From an uncultured Gammaproteobacteria bacterium (GTDB taxonomy: Bacteria > Patescibacteriota > Patescibacteriia > Magasanikbacterales > GWA2-37-8), in NCBI GenBank assembly GCA_964356495.1, contig CAYHHR010000003.1:1-55351 (forward strand): a stretch of 55,351 nucleotides of DNA, read 5' to 3'. The notes under the pieces were generated by a model that saw only the letters and a program-made list of their open reading frames with translations, searched no databases and had not been told where the DNA came from. A program made the translations under genes and the position numbers. Shown in pieces: positions 26,131 through 34,033 of the stretch (the stretch's first letter is position 1; each line of letters opens with the position of its first letter).

Positions 26131-27162
26131 ATGAAAAACTTTTCCAAAAAACTATCTCTGCTCCTTATCCCAGTAATGATTTTTGCGTTTGGAATTAGTG
26201 AATCCAAAGCCGCGACTTCTACCCCCGCTCTTAGCGCGCCAAACACTACTATTATTATTGGTGATCAGGTAAATATCAAAGTTTCGAATACTGACGCTGA
26301 GCATACCTTGAGCGATATTCCGGTTTCTTTTGTCGGTGTGAAGGAAGGCGTGGCAAAAGTGACCGCCTGCCGACAAGAGACAAATTGCGCGTCTATAAAT
26401 ATAACGGTCATCAAGAAGGTCGCGAAGGCCGCGCCGCAGAAAACCGCCAAGGTCGTCAAAAATAAAGTTACGAAAGCCAAACGGATAACCAGACCGGTCA
26501 AAAAGGCTGCCGCCAAAATTGTTTATGCTCAGATCGCCATGCAAGAGGGCGGAGCGCAAACGCGATCCCTTGTTCTGAGTCGGACTAACTTTCAGGTGCG
26601 GGAGAAGGAGAGCGCTGATATTATAGTGCAAGACAGCAATGCCGTCAGTATTATGACGGACTCCTCAGCGGTGAGCGCGTCAGTAATTAGTAATCCGACT
26701 TTGCATAATGTAAAAATAACTATTTATGGCATGGCGCCCGGTACTGCCAATATAAAAATTTGTGATAAAAAGCCGGTTTGCGGCACAGTTCAGGTGGTAG
26801 TTACTCCTGCCGTTCAGGTGGCGGCCGTTCCTGCGGTGGCCGCTCCGGTCGCGATAAGTCCAACAGTCCAGGTAGCGGCTGCTCCCAGTATTTCAAGCGG
26901 TTCCTCAGCTGGTGAAAAATTCTTAAATATCAAGCCGGGTGAAACTTATTGGTTGAACATGGGTAGTGTCGCGAACCTTAGCGTGGAGTCCAATATTTGG
27001 CTCGTTCCCGCGACTGTCAAGGATAATTATGTTGTTATTTCCGTTTCGTCATATTATTATGGCGAAGCAATTTTGAAAGTTTGTAGCGGTCAATATCCAA
27101 GAACTTGTGGCAACGTTTATGTAAATAACAAATCCAGACCGTCATATCCTCCCGCCAACTAA
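26131..27162 (+). CDS. Secreted protein with three Ig-like (Big_2-like) domains joined by Lys-rich and Pro/Ala/Val-rich linkers
   Basis: Signal peptide '...GISESKA'. Three ~70-aa modules each end in 'C....C..V.V' ('ACRQETNCASINITV', 'ICDKKPVCGTVQVVV', 'VCSGQYPRTCGNVYV'). Confidence 0.6.
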   Translation: MKNFSKKLSLLLIPVMIFAFGISESKAATSTPALSAPNTTIIIGDQVNIKVSNTDAEHTLSDIPVSFVGVKEGVAKVTACRQETNCASINITVIKKVAKAAPQKTAKVVKNKVTKAKRITRPVKKAAAKIVYAQIAMQEGGAQTRSLVLSRTNFQVREKESADIIVQDSNAVSIMTDSSAVSASVISNPTLHNVKITIYGMAPGTANIKICDKKPVCGTVQVVVTPAVQVAAVPAVAAPVAISPTVQVAAAPSISSGSSAGEKFLNIKPGETYWLNMGSVANLSVESNIWLVPATVKDNYVVISVSSYYYGEAILKVCSGQYPRTCGNVYVNNKSRPSYPPAN

Positions 27163-27185
27163 TCTTTTAATTTGATGGTTATAAA

Positions 27186-27214
27186 ATAATGGCTAATTCA
27201 GCCATTATTTTTTT
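27186..27214 (+). terminator. Rho-independent terminator
   Basis: ATAATGGCT-aattc-AGCCATTAT followed by TTTTTT. Confidence 0.8.
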
Positions 27215-27596
27215 GTTAAACACATCGGTGCGCGCCCCTATATTTTATGGTATACTGACCCAATGATTCGAAAGATAATGAATTATACAAGCTCAATATT
27301 AATTTGTCGAAAATCATGCGCACTTTCAATTCCCGCCTCTTCAAAAATTTAGTTGGATGTTTTTCCGGAAATAATCTGATCTGGCACGTTTCCGCCATCG
27401 TCTTAACGTATGTGTTAGTCGCAGGCGGATTTGATTGGTGGTATTTTGAAGCGACACGGAGTGCGGTACTGCAGTCGATATTGTTTCCGGCCGCGATGAT
27501 CGGCGGGGTGGTAGGCCGGAGTTTTTTGAAGAAATAGTAGTATATTCGTACTATAATCTAAATGATTACGAAAATTACTAATCTAATAAATTCTAT

Positions 27597-27992
27597 ATGG
27601 ATGCGGTAAATTGGTATTCACAACTTATTAAACCAATCTGGTCGCCACCGGCATGGCTTTTTGGACCGGTGTGGACGTTTTTATATGTATTGATCGCCAT
27701 ATCGTTTGGCAAGGTTTTTTTGATGGCCTGGAAAAAACAAATTTCCCCCGTGATTGCCATTCCTTTTGCGCTCAACCTATTTTTTAATTTTATTTTTACC
27801 TCAATTCAATTTGGACTTAAAAATAATTTATTGGCTGCGGCGGATATTTTGCTCGTTGTTGGTACGCTTATCTGGGCAATGATAATCATTTGGCCGCGCG
27901 CCAGGTGGGTGGTCTATGCTAATATTCCTTATCTCGTCTGGAGTATTTTCGCTACCGCATTGCAATTAACAATTACTTATCTTAACCGTTGA
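27597..27992 (+). CDS. tspO: TspO/MBR tryptophan-rich sensory protein (short form)
   Basis: 'WY..L.KP.WSPP.W.FGPVWT.LY.LIA' N-terminal signature. Four to five TM helices. Confidence 0.75.
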   Translation: MDAVNWYSQLIKPIWSPPAWLFGPVWTFLYVLIAISFGKVFLMAWKKQISPVIAIPFALNLFFNFIFTSIQFGLKNNLLAAADILLVVGTLIWAMIIIWPRARWVVYANIPYLVWSIFATALQLTITYLNR

Positions 27993-27996
27993 AAGT

Positions 27997-28410
27997 ATGC
28001 GTGTCTGGATGGGTAATTCTTTTGTCCCCGAGAATGAATTTACGATTACTTTCGCGCGGTCGGGCGGAAAGGGCGGGCAGAATGTAAACAAAACTTCCAC
28101 CAAAGCGATTGTTCACTGGTCGGTGGGCAGGTCGCAGGTTTTGTCGTGGGAAGAAAAGGAAAGAGTTCGTGCGAAATTAGTTAATCGAATAAATAATAAC
28201 GATGAACTCGTGGTTATGTCTGAAGAGGAACGTTCCCAACCGCAGAATCGGGACAAGGCAGTGGCTCGTCTTCGCGCGCTCGTCGCACAGGCGCTTCGGG
28301 TGCCGAGGAAACGCCGGCCGACGCGTCCGACGAGAGCTTCGAAAATTCGTCATATGGAAAGTAAAATTCAGCGGTCGCGGGTGAAGTCCAGCAGGCGAGG
28401 TGGATTTTGA
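27997..28410 (+). CDS. arfB: Alternative ribosome-rescue factor ArfB (class I release-factor-like peptidyl-tRNA hydrolase)
   Basis: 'SGGKGGQNVNKTSTKA' GGQ motif and a basic C-terminal tail. Confidence 0.85.
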   Translation: MRVWMGNSFVPENEFTITFARSGGKGGQNVNKTSTKAIVHWSVGRSQVLSWEEKERVRAKLVNRINNNDELVVMSEEERSQPQNRDKAVARLRALVAQALRVPRKRRPTRPTRASKIRHMESKIQRSRVKSSRRGGF

Positions 28411-28465
28411 TTATTCTATCATCCTGAGTCGAAGCAAAGGTTCTCCGTTGTTTATTATTAGCCCT

Positions 28466-28832
28466 CCGCGGGCAGCGGTTCTTTTTCCGCAAAAAGAACC
28501 AAAACCGCCGAGCCTGTTGTCTCGTTCGGTAACTTCCAGCGACTCACTGACGACTTTTTTCAAATCAAATAAGGGGCATTGAAAAAAATCTCCGTTCGTC
28601 GGGAAGTAACTCTCACTCGACAAGAGCTCGGAAGCCAGCATTGGAGACCGAGCGTTTGTGAGGCGACTAGACAATTCGAGACGAGTTTTCCGTGGGAGGC
28701 CGTGTGCTTGAGGAACCAGGCGACGAGTTCACGGCCTCAGGAAAACGAGTCCGAATTGTCAGAAGCTGAACAATTTGCTCGGGGTCTTTTTGGTTTCTTT
28801 TTGGACAAGCAAAAAGAAACTGCCCGCCGCAT
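28466..28832. mobile_element. MITE-like non-coding element bounded by ~40-bp imperfect inverted repeats, each containing its own hairpin
   Basis: Left end is ccgcgggcagc-GGTTCTTTTT-ccgc-AAAAAGAACC. Right end is GTTTCTTTTTG-gacaag-CAAAAAGAAAC-tgcccgccgc, the reverse-complement arrangement. The interior holds a long imperfect hairpin at ~28670-28758. There is no credible ORF. Confidence 0.45.
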
Positions 28833-29031
28833 AGGCGGTATTTTTAGGTTTACTTTTCCTCTTTTTTAAGATAAGATTAGGCCACTAGTTCCATAGTGGA
28901 ACCAATTCAAATTAGCAGGTCACTTTGTGCAAAAATTGCACGAACTGTTATTCAAATAGTAATATGCAAAAAAAGCATAATGCTAGACGGAATAAATTTT
29001 TTTTGTGGACAAACGCCTCGTCATCCTCGGC

Positions 29032-29166
29032 ATGGCTATCGCCAGCACACTCGGCGGCTGGATCCTGACTCTTTTTGGCGCCGGTTCATTTTCTTATACT
29101 TCTGTTATTGGTACTTTGATTGGTGGGATATTGGGGATTTGGGTGATGGTGAGGGTGAGTGAGTGA
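29032..29166 (+). CDS. Possible 44-aa Gly-zipper hydrophobic peptide (alternative GTG start at 29005)
   Basis: Hand translation: MAIASTLGGWILTLFGAGSFSYTSVIGTLIGGILGIWVMVRVSE. It is below the ORF-track cut-off and has no clear RBS. Confidence 0.3.
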   Translation: MAIASTLGGWILTLFGAGSFSYTSVIGTLIGGILGIWVMVRVSE

Positions 29167-29223
29167 GATGCGCGACATTGTAACTTGTGTATTCGACCAT
29201 TGAGTGATAAACTTGCATGAAAT

Positions 29224-30030
29224 ATGCAGAAATCATATTACGAAAAACCAAAATTTACTCTGTATCAGGCGGATTGCCTGAAGATTCTTGCTGAGCTCCC
29301 AGAAAATTCAGTGGATATGGTTTTTGCCGATCCACCATACCTGCTTTCAAATGGCGGTTTTTCTGTCCAAGCTGGAAAGCGTGTGAGTGTTAATAAGGGA
29401 GAATGGGACAAAAGCGGTGGATTAAAAAAGGATTTTGAATTTCATATTCAGTGGATACGAGCCGTTAGGCGCGTATTAAAGCCGAGTGGAACGATTTGGA
29501 TTAGTGGAACCTACCATTCAATTTACCAATGCGGTTTTGCACTTCAAGTAGCTGGATTTCATGTGCTTAATGATATTGCGTGGTTCAAACCAAACGCTTC
29601 GCCAAATTTAAGCTGTCGTTTTTTTACCGCAAGTCACGAAACTCTTATATGGGCCAGAAAAGACAAAAAAGCAAAACATATTTTTAATTATGACGCGATG
29701 AAAAATGGCACGTGGCCAGAGGACGCGTTAAAAAAACCCGGCCTTCAAATGCGTTCGGTATGGTCAATGGGAACACCTAAACCATTTGAAAAGAAATTTG
29801 GTAAGCACCCAACGCAAAAACCGGAGGCCTTATTAAAAAGAATTGTTTTAGCCAGTACGAATAGAGGGGATGTCATTCTTGATCCGTTTACCGGTAGTTC
29901 AACTACTGGAATGGCCGCCTATCTTTATGGTAGAAATTTTATTGGTATTGATATGGAGAAAAAATATCTCGATTTGTCTATCAAACGATTTGAGGAGCTA
30001 GATCGTAATTTGAAAAATAAGAAAACCTAA
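29224..30030 (+). CDS. Beta-class N6-adenine (or N4-cytosine) DNA methyltransferase, DpnA/M.MboI-B-like
   Basis: 'FADPPY' (motif IV) lies N-terminal to 'ILDPFTGSSTTG' (motif I). Adjacent to a DpnII-family endonuclease gene. Confidence 0.85.
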   Translation: MQKSYYEKPKFTLYQADCLKILAELPENSVDMVFADPPYLLSNGGFSVQAGKRVSVNKGEWDKSGGLKKDFEFHIQWIRAVRRVLKPSGTIWISGTYHSIYQCGFALQVAGFHVLNDIAWFKPNASPNLSCRFFTASHETLIWARKDKKAKHIFNYDAMKNGTWPEDALKKPGLQMRSVWSMGTPKPFEKKFGKHPTQKPEALLKRIVLASTNRGDVILDPFTGSSTTGMAAYLYGRNFIGIDMEKKYLDLSIKRFEELDRNLKNKKT

Positions 30031-30032
30031 GT

Positions 30033-30413
30033 ATGACAGCCTTAGCGTATATGCCAAGCTATGTTACCGAATGGACTGACAAATATTTTCATCAATCGGC
30101 TTTTGATGTTCCTGTAAATTATCCAAATAAGAAGGTGCTAAAATTTTTGGCTAGTTTTTCGAAACCAAAAAAGGTACGACTTTTTAGAGGGATAAATAAA
30201 TACAATAAAGATAACGGAGCGGTAGCTAGTTGGACATATAATAGGCAAATTGCAGAAGGATATGCAAAGGATGTCGGGGGAAAAATTATCGAAAAGGAAT
30301 TTTTGTTTAATCAAATATTGCTGGATACAACCTTATTAACAAAAAAGGAGAAACAACAGTTTGGGTATGATTATAAAATCGATGATAAAGAAGTGTTAAT
30401 ATTAGAAATATGA
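30033..30413 (+). CDS. Hypothetical 126-aa protein embedded between the M and R genes
   Basis: 3-nt gap after the methylase gene and ATGA overlap with the endonuclease gene. No HTH is evident. Weak R-S-E-like pattern (see findings). Confidence 0.55.
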   Translation: MTALAYMPSYVTEWTDKYFHQSAFDVPVNYPNKKVLKFLASFSKPKKVRLFRGINKYNKDNGAVASWTYNRQIAEGYAKDVGGKIIEKEFLFNQILLDTTLLTKKEKQQFGYDYKIDDKEVLILEI

Positions 30414-31330
30414 TTTTCTTACCATTTTATAAGGAAAAATTAGGATGTAAAAACGAAGATGATGTTTTTGATTACATTATCAGAAATTTAAAGCTGAGCA
30501 TTTTATTATGGTCGTATTTTGTAAATTGGAGCAAGGTTTTTGAAAATACAAGAAAAATTGAATTGGCATTAAATGTCTTAAATTACCTTATCGGAAAAAA
30601 AGATTTTGATACGGAGTTTAAAATTTTGGTTAAGGAACACCCGGAAGTAGTAAAAGTTATCCCAGCCTTAGTGGTTAGGGATGGGGCAAATACTAGCAAG
30701 TTTAAAATTTTAGTAGATTATAAGAATAAAAAATTGGTTCATGAGGATTATGATTTTACTAAAAAAGACTTTAACGATAAGGATATCGAAAGATGTCTAG
30801 TCTTTGTAAAAGAGACTGGTCTTAAAGATTTGATTATTTCACAAAAGATAAAAAACCTTGTTGATTACATGATCGGTGTAGAGGCCGGGCTGGACAGTAA
30901 TGGTCGAAAAAATCGAAGCGGTCATTCAATGGAGAATATAGTTGAGTTCTTTATAGCAGACATATGCAAGCAGAAGGATTATAAGTATTTAAAAGAAGCT
31001 ACTGCCGCAACAATTAAACAGGGATGGGGTTTTGATGTGCCAGTAGATAAATCGTCTCGCCGATATGATTATGTGGTGAATACTGGTAAGGAATTATTTA
31101 TTTTTGAAACTAATTTTTATAGTGGTGGCGGGTCGAAATTAAAGTCTACTGCTGGCGAATATCGTAATTTGTTTGATGTGTTGGGTGGTAAATATAAATT
31201 TATTTGGATCACTGATGGTATGGGCTGGAGAAGCACAGCTAAACCATTACGAGAAACCTTTAATCATAATGGCTATGTGATTAGTTTGGATATGATTGAG
31301 AATGGGGTGTTAGAGAGTGTTTTGGAATAA
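30410..31330 (+). CDS. Type II restriction endonuclease, DpnII/MboI family (GATC-type, predicted)
   Basis: 'NLVDYMIGVEAGLDSNGRKNRSGHSMENIV', 'FETNFYSGGGSKL' and 'FIWITDGMGW....PLRETF' match my recollection of R.DpnII ('NLVDYVTGVEVGMDTNGRKNRTG.AMENIV', 'EVNFYSGSGSKL', 'FMWITDGQGW'). Confidence 0.75.
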   Translation: MIFLPFYKEKLGCKNEDDVFDYIIRNLKLSILLWSYFVNWSKVFENTRKIELALNVLNYLIGKKDFDTEFKILVKEHPEVVKVIPALVVRDGANTSKFKILVDYKNKKLVHEDYDFTKKDFNDKDIERCLVFVKETGLKDLIISQKIKNLVDYMIGVEAGLDSNGRKNRSGHSMENIVEFFIADICKQKDYKYLKEATAATIKQGWGFDVPVDKSSRRYDYVVNTGKELFIFETNFYSGGGSKLKSTAGEYRNLFDVLGGKYKFIWITDGMGWRSTAKPLRETFNHNGYVISLDMIENGVLESVLE

Positions 31331-31512
31331 AATTGTTCTCTTTTCTTTTTGAAGTGAAATATTTACAGACAATAAAAGCAGAGCATGTTTTGAAACATGC
31401 AAAGCGAATGCATGAATCGTGGAATCCGTCATATTTATTCTACACAATTATATAGTTTCACATATATTCTCATTCGTCCGCCCCGCTTAGCGGGGACTCA
31501 CGCATCTCAAGT

Positions 31513-32193
31513 ATGAAAAAAGTCGCAGTGTTCGACATCGACGGAACAATTTTTCGTTCCAGCCTGCTCATAGAAATAACCGAAGCGCTGATCCAAAGCG
31601 GCATTTTTCCGTTATCGGCGCGGAAGGTTTATGCCAAATCGTACAAAAATTGGCTGGATAGGCGTGATTCTTATGAGAAATATATTGGCGACGTGATAAA
31701 ATCTTTTGAGAAAAATATCAAGGGTGTGGGACAGGCGGAGTTTTTGAAAATTGCCAAGAAGGCGGTTGCTTTTCATCAGAACCGTGTTTATCGTTATACG
31801 AGGGATCTGGTATCGGAACTTCGTAAGAAAAATTATTATTTACTTGCTATTTCAAAGTCGCCGCGCGAGGCGGTGGAGGAATTTTGTAAAAAGCTCGGAT
31901 TTGATAAAGTTTATGGTCTAGTTTATGAATCGGAAAATAAAAAATTTACAGGTAGGGCTCTGTATTGGGACTTGATGAAAGATAAGGCGAAGATTCTACG
32001 GCGCGCACTGGAGACAGAACATCTTACTTTAAAAGGGTCGGTGGGAGTCGGCGACTCCGAGAGCGATATACCATTTTTAAAAATGGTGGACCAGCCGGTT
32101 TGCTTTAATCCAAATAGTATATTATATCGTCGCGCCAAACGGATGGGATGGAAAATTGTGGTGGAAAGAAAGGATGTTAATTATTTTTTGTAA
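31513..32193 (+). CDS. HAD-superfamily hydrolase, subfamily IB (SerB-like)
   Basis: 'VFDIDGTIF' motif I, 'ISKSP' motif II and 'GVGDSESDIPFL' motif IV. Confidence 0.75.
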   Translation: MKKVAVFDIDGTIFRSSLLIEITEALIQSGIFPLSARKVYAKSYKNWLDRRDSYEKYIGDVIKSFEKNIKGVGQAEFLKIAKKAVAFHQNRVYRYTRDLVSELRKKNYYLLAISKSPREAVEEFCKKLGFDKVYGLVYESENKKFTGRALYWDLMKDKAKILRRALETEHLTLKGSVGVGDSESDIPFLKMVDQPVCFNPNSILYRRAKRMGWKIVVERKDVNYFL

Positions 32194-32226
32194 CATAGAT
32201 TTTAGAATTTAATTCGCAAAAATTTT

Positions 32227-32823
32227 ATGAAAACGAAGGTTCAAAAACAAAAATTTAACGATCATTTTGAGTTAAACGAAGAGCCGAGCAAGGATGATTG
32301 TTATTATGATGCTTTGGAATTATCGGGTGGTGGGAAAAAGGAAATTAAGGAAGCGTTAAGATTATTAAATATAGCCCGTGAAATGGACAAAGATTATGTT
32401 CAAACGTATATTGGTTTTATTTGCGTTTATAGCGCTATTGGTGATAAAAAGAAGATAGATGATGCGATTAAGATAGCTTATGAAAAAACCGTGAAAAAAT
32501 TTCCTAAATGGCCAAAACAAATGAAGTGGGGATGGTTGGAAAATCGCGCATATATGCGGGCAATTCAATATATGGGAGATTTATATTGGGACAATGGGGA
32601 AATCGAGAAGGCGATTGAGCTATTTCGACTTTTGTTGAAATTGAACCCGGGCGATAATCAAGGAGTAAGATATGAAATTGCGGCGTTGTATGCCGGTTTG
32701 AGCGGCAAGGATGTTAATAGGATGACGGACGAAGGAAATGAAAAGCAGGATTGGAGTGAACAAGATAATCTTGTTTACGAGCAAAATAAAAAACACAAAT
32801 TTTGGCAAGAGCTAAGCTATTAA
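32227..32823 (+). CDS. TPR-repeat protein
   Basis: 'GEIEKAIELFRLLLKLNPGDNQGVRYEIAALY' is TPR-like. Confidence 0.55.
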   Translation: MKTKVQKQKFNDHFELNEEPSKDDCYYDALELSGGGKKEIKEALRLLNIAREMDKDYVQTYIGFICVYSAIGDKKKIDDAIKIAYEKTVKKFPKWPKQMKWGWLENRAYMRAIQYMGDLYWDNGEIEKAIELFRLLLKLNPGDNQGVRYEIAALYAGLSGKDVNRMTDEGNEKQDWSEQDNLVYEQNKKHKFWQELSY

Positions 32824-32883
32824 ATTTAGCTCGTGACACTTTCTTGTCAATATTTAAGGCATTAAGGAACTGTGGACAAACTG

Positions 32884-32912
32884 TTGACAACTTTTTTTAT
32901 TTTATGTACAAT
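32884..32912 (+). promoter_or_regulatory. Sigma70-like promoter (TTGACA-17-TACAAT)
   Basis: TTGACA at 32884-32889 and TACAAT at 32907-32912. Flanked by TTGTCAA (32852) and TTGACAA inverted copies. Confidence 0.6.
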
Positions 32913-32942
32913 ATTGGTGTGTTAAATTAATTAAACCAAAGT

Positions 32943-33701
32943 ATGCACCAAATTCAGGATAAAATTCTTCAGTTAATGGAGACTGGAAATCTTGGAAAGC
33001 TGACTTTGCGGGAAATTGGCGCGTCAATTGGTGAGCCGGATAAACCACAAAAAATAAAGCATCATTTGGATCAACTGGTCAAAAAAGGACTAGTTAGGGT
33101 TGATAAAGATAATAAGAACATCGAACGCGTGCCAAGTGGGCGCGTAAAAAATAGCAGTCTGGTGGCTGTGCCAATTTTTGGTTCTGCCAACTGCGGACAG
33201 GCAGCTTGTTTCGATGAACAAAATTTTGAAGGAAACCTGTATATATCTGATCGGTTGTTAAACAAAGTTCGCAATGTAAAAAATATCTTTGCGGTGAAAG
33301 CGGTCGGGTCTTCGATGAATCGCGCTTCCATTGATGGAAAAAATATTTCTGAAGGCGACTATGTTATTATTGATAAGGGCTGTCCGATCCCGCAGAATGG
33401 CGATTATGTTTTGTCCGTTATTGATGGGTTGGTAAATATAAAGAGGTTTTATAAAGATCAGAATAATCATCAAATTATTTTGATGTCAGAATCAAGCCAA
33501 AATTTGGCTCCTATTTATATTCACGAGGAGGATTTTGCAGATTACATGGTGAACGGCAAAGTCATCCAGATAATGAAACATCCTAATGAAGAGCAAATGT
33601 GGCAGGATGCCGCCGGCGAGGATGTTTTGAAGGATTTAGGTCCAATCTCCAAAACAGAATATGATTATTATGAAAATCTATGCTCGCAAAAGGTGAAGTA
33701 A
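32943..33701 (+). CDS. LexA-like repressor / S24 self-cleaving peptidase with a 41-aa acidic C-terminal extension
   Basis: N-terminal wHTH ('LTLREIGASIG....KIKHHLDQLVKKGLV'). 'VPIFGSANCGQAA' cleavage-loop region. 'GSSM' (Ser124) and 'NIKR' (Lys167). 252 aa. Confidence 0.75.
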   Translation: MHQIQDKILQLMETGNLGKLTLREIGASIGEPDKPQKIKHHLDQLVKKGLVRVDKDNKNIERVPSGRVKNSSLVAVPIFGSANCGQAACFDEQNFEGNLYISDRLLNKVRNVKNIFAVKAVGSSMNRASIDGKNISEGDYVIIDKGCPIPQNGDYVLSVIDGLVNIKRFYKDQNNHQIILMSESSQNLAPIYIHEEDFADYMVNGKVIQIMKHPNEEQMWQDAAGEDVLKDLGPISKTEYDYYENLCSQKVK

Positions 33702-34033
33702 AGTGTGGCGATATACTTTGGACGCAATTCAATCAGAGTGTCGGACACGAGTTTCAGGATAAACGCCCCGCGTTGGTTATTCAGTCAAATCGGCAATTGG
33801 CAAAATCAAATTTAGCTACCGTAATACCTATCACCTCAAATATCTCAAATAAGACGGCTGATGACATACATATCAAACCGGACATAGTAAATAATTTAAG
33901 ATACGATTCCGTCATTAAAGTCTATGATATTATTTCGTGTGATTATCAAAGATTTTTCGGAAAGATTGGTACTGTTGATGACGGTGTGATGGAAAAGATT
34001 AAAGTATATTTGAAGCGTCATTTTAATATTTGA
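33680..34033 (+). CDS. mazF: MazF/PemK-family toxin (mRNA interferase)
   Basis: '[28 protein letters not shown]' and 'ATVIPITS' motifs. The start overlaps the upstream gene by 22 nt. Confidence 0.8.
   Translation: MLAKGEVKCGDILWTQFNQSVGHEFQDKRPALVIQSNRQLAKSNLATVIPITSNISNKTADDIHIKPDIVNNLRYDSVIKVYDIISCDYQRFFGKIGTVDDGVMEKIKVYLKRHFNI

Noticed and set aside
27304-27537. 77-aa ORF (TTG start; internal ATG at 27316) with two hydrophobic helices, possibly the N-terminal remnant of a PAP2-like membrane phosphatase.
   Set aside because: It is too short, has no catalytic motifs and ends abruptly. I cannot distinguish a pseudogene fragment from a chance ORF without a homology search.
28411-29162. ORFs of 87-96 aa in the large intergenic gap (28411-28674 minus strand, 28579-28869 plus strand, 28896-29162 plus strand).
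   Set aside because: They are built across inverted repeats and hairpins, use non-ATG or unsupported starts, and give Arg/Ser-rich or Trp/Cys-odd products with no RBS. I treat the region as non-coding, apart from the tentative 44-aa peptide.
20008-34033. Calling the whole post-tRNA-Trp block a bona fide integrative genomic island or prophage.
   Set aside because: I found no integrase or recombinase gene, no phage structural genes and no direct repeat of the tRNA-Trp 3' end. Some genes inside (arfB, tspO) look like ordinary chromosomal genes. I report only a synteny and composition observation.
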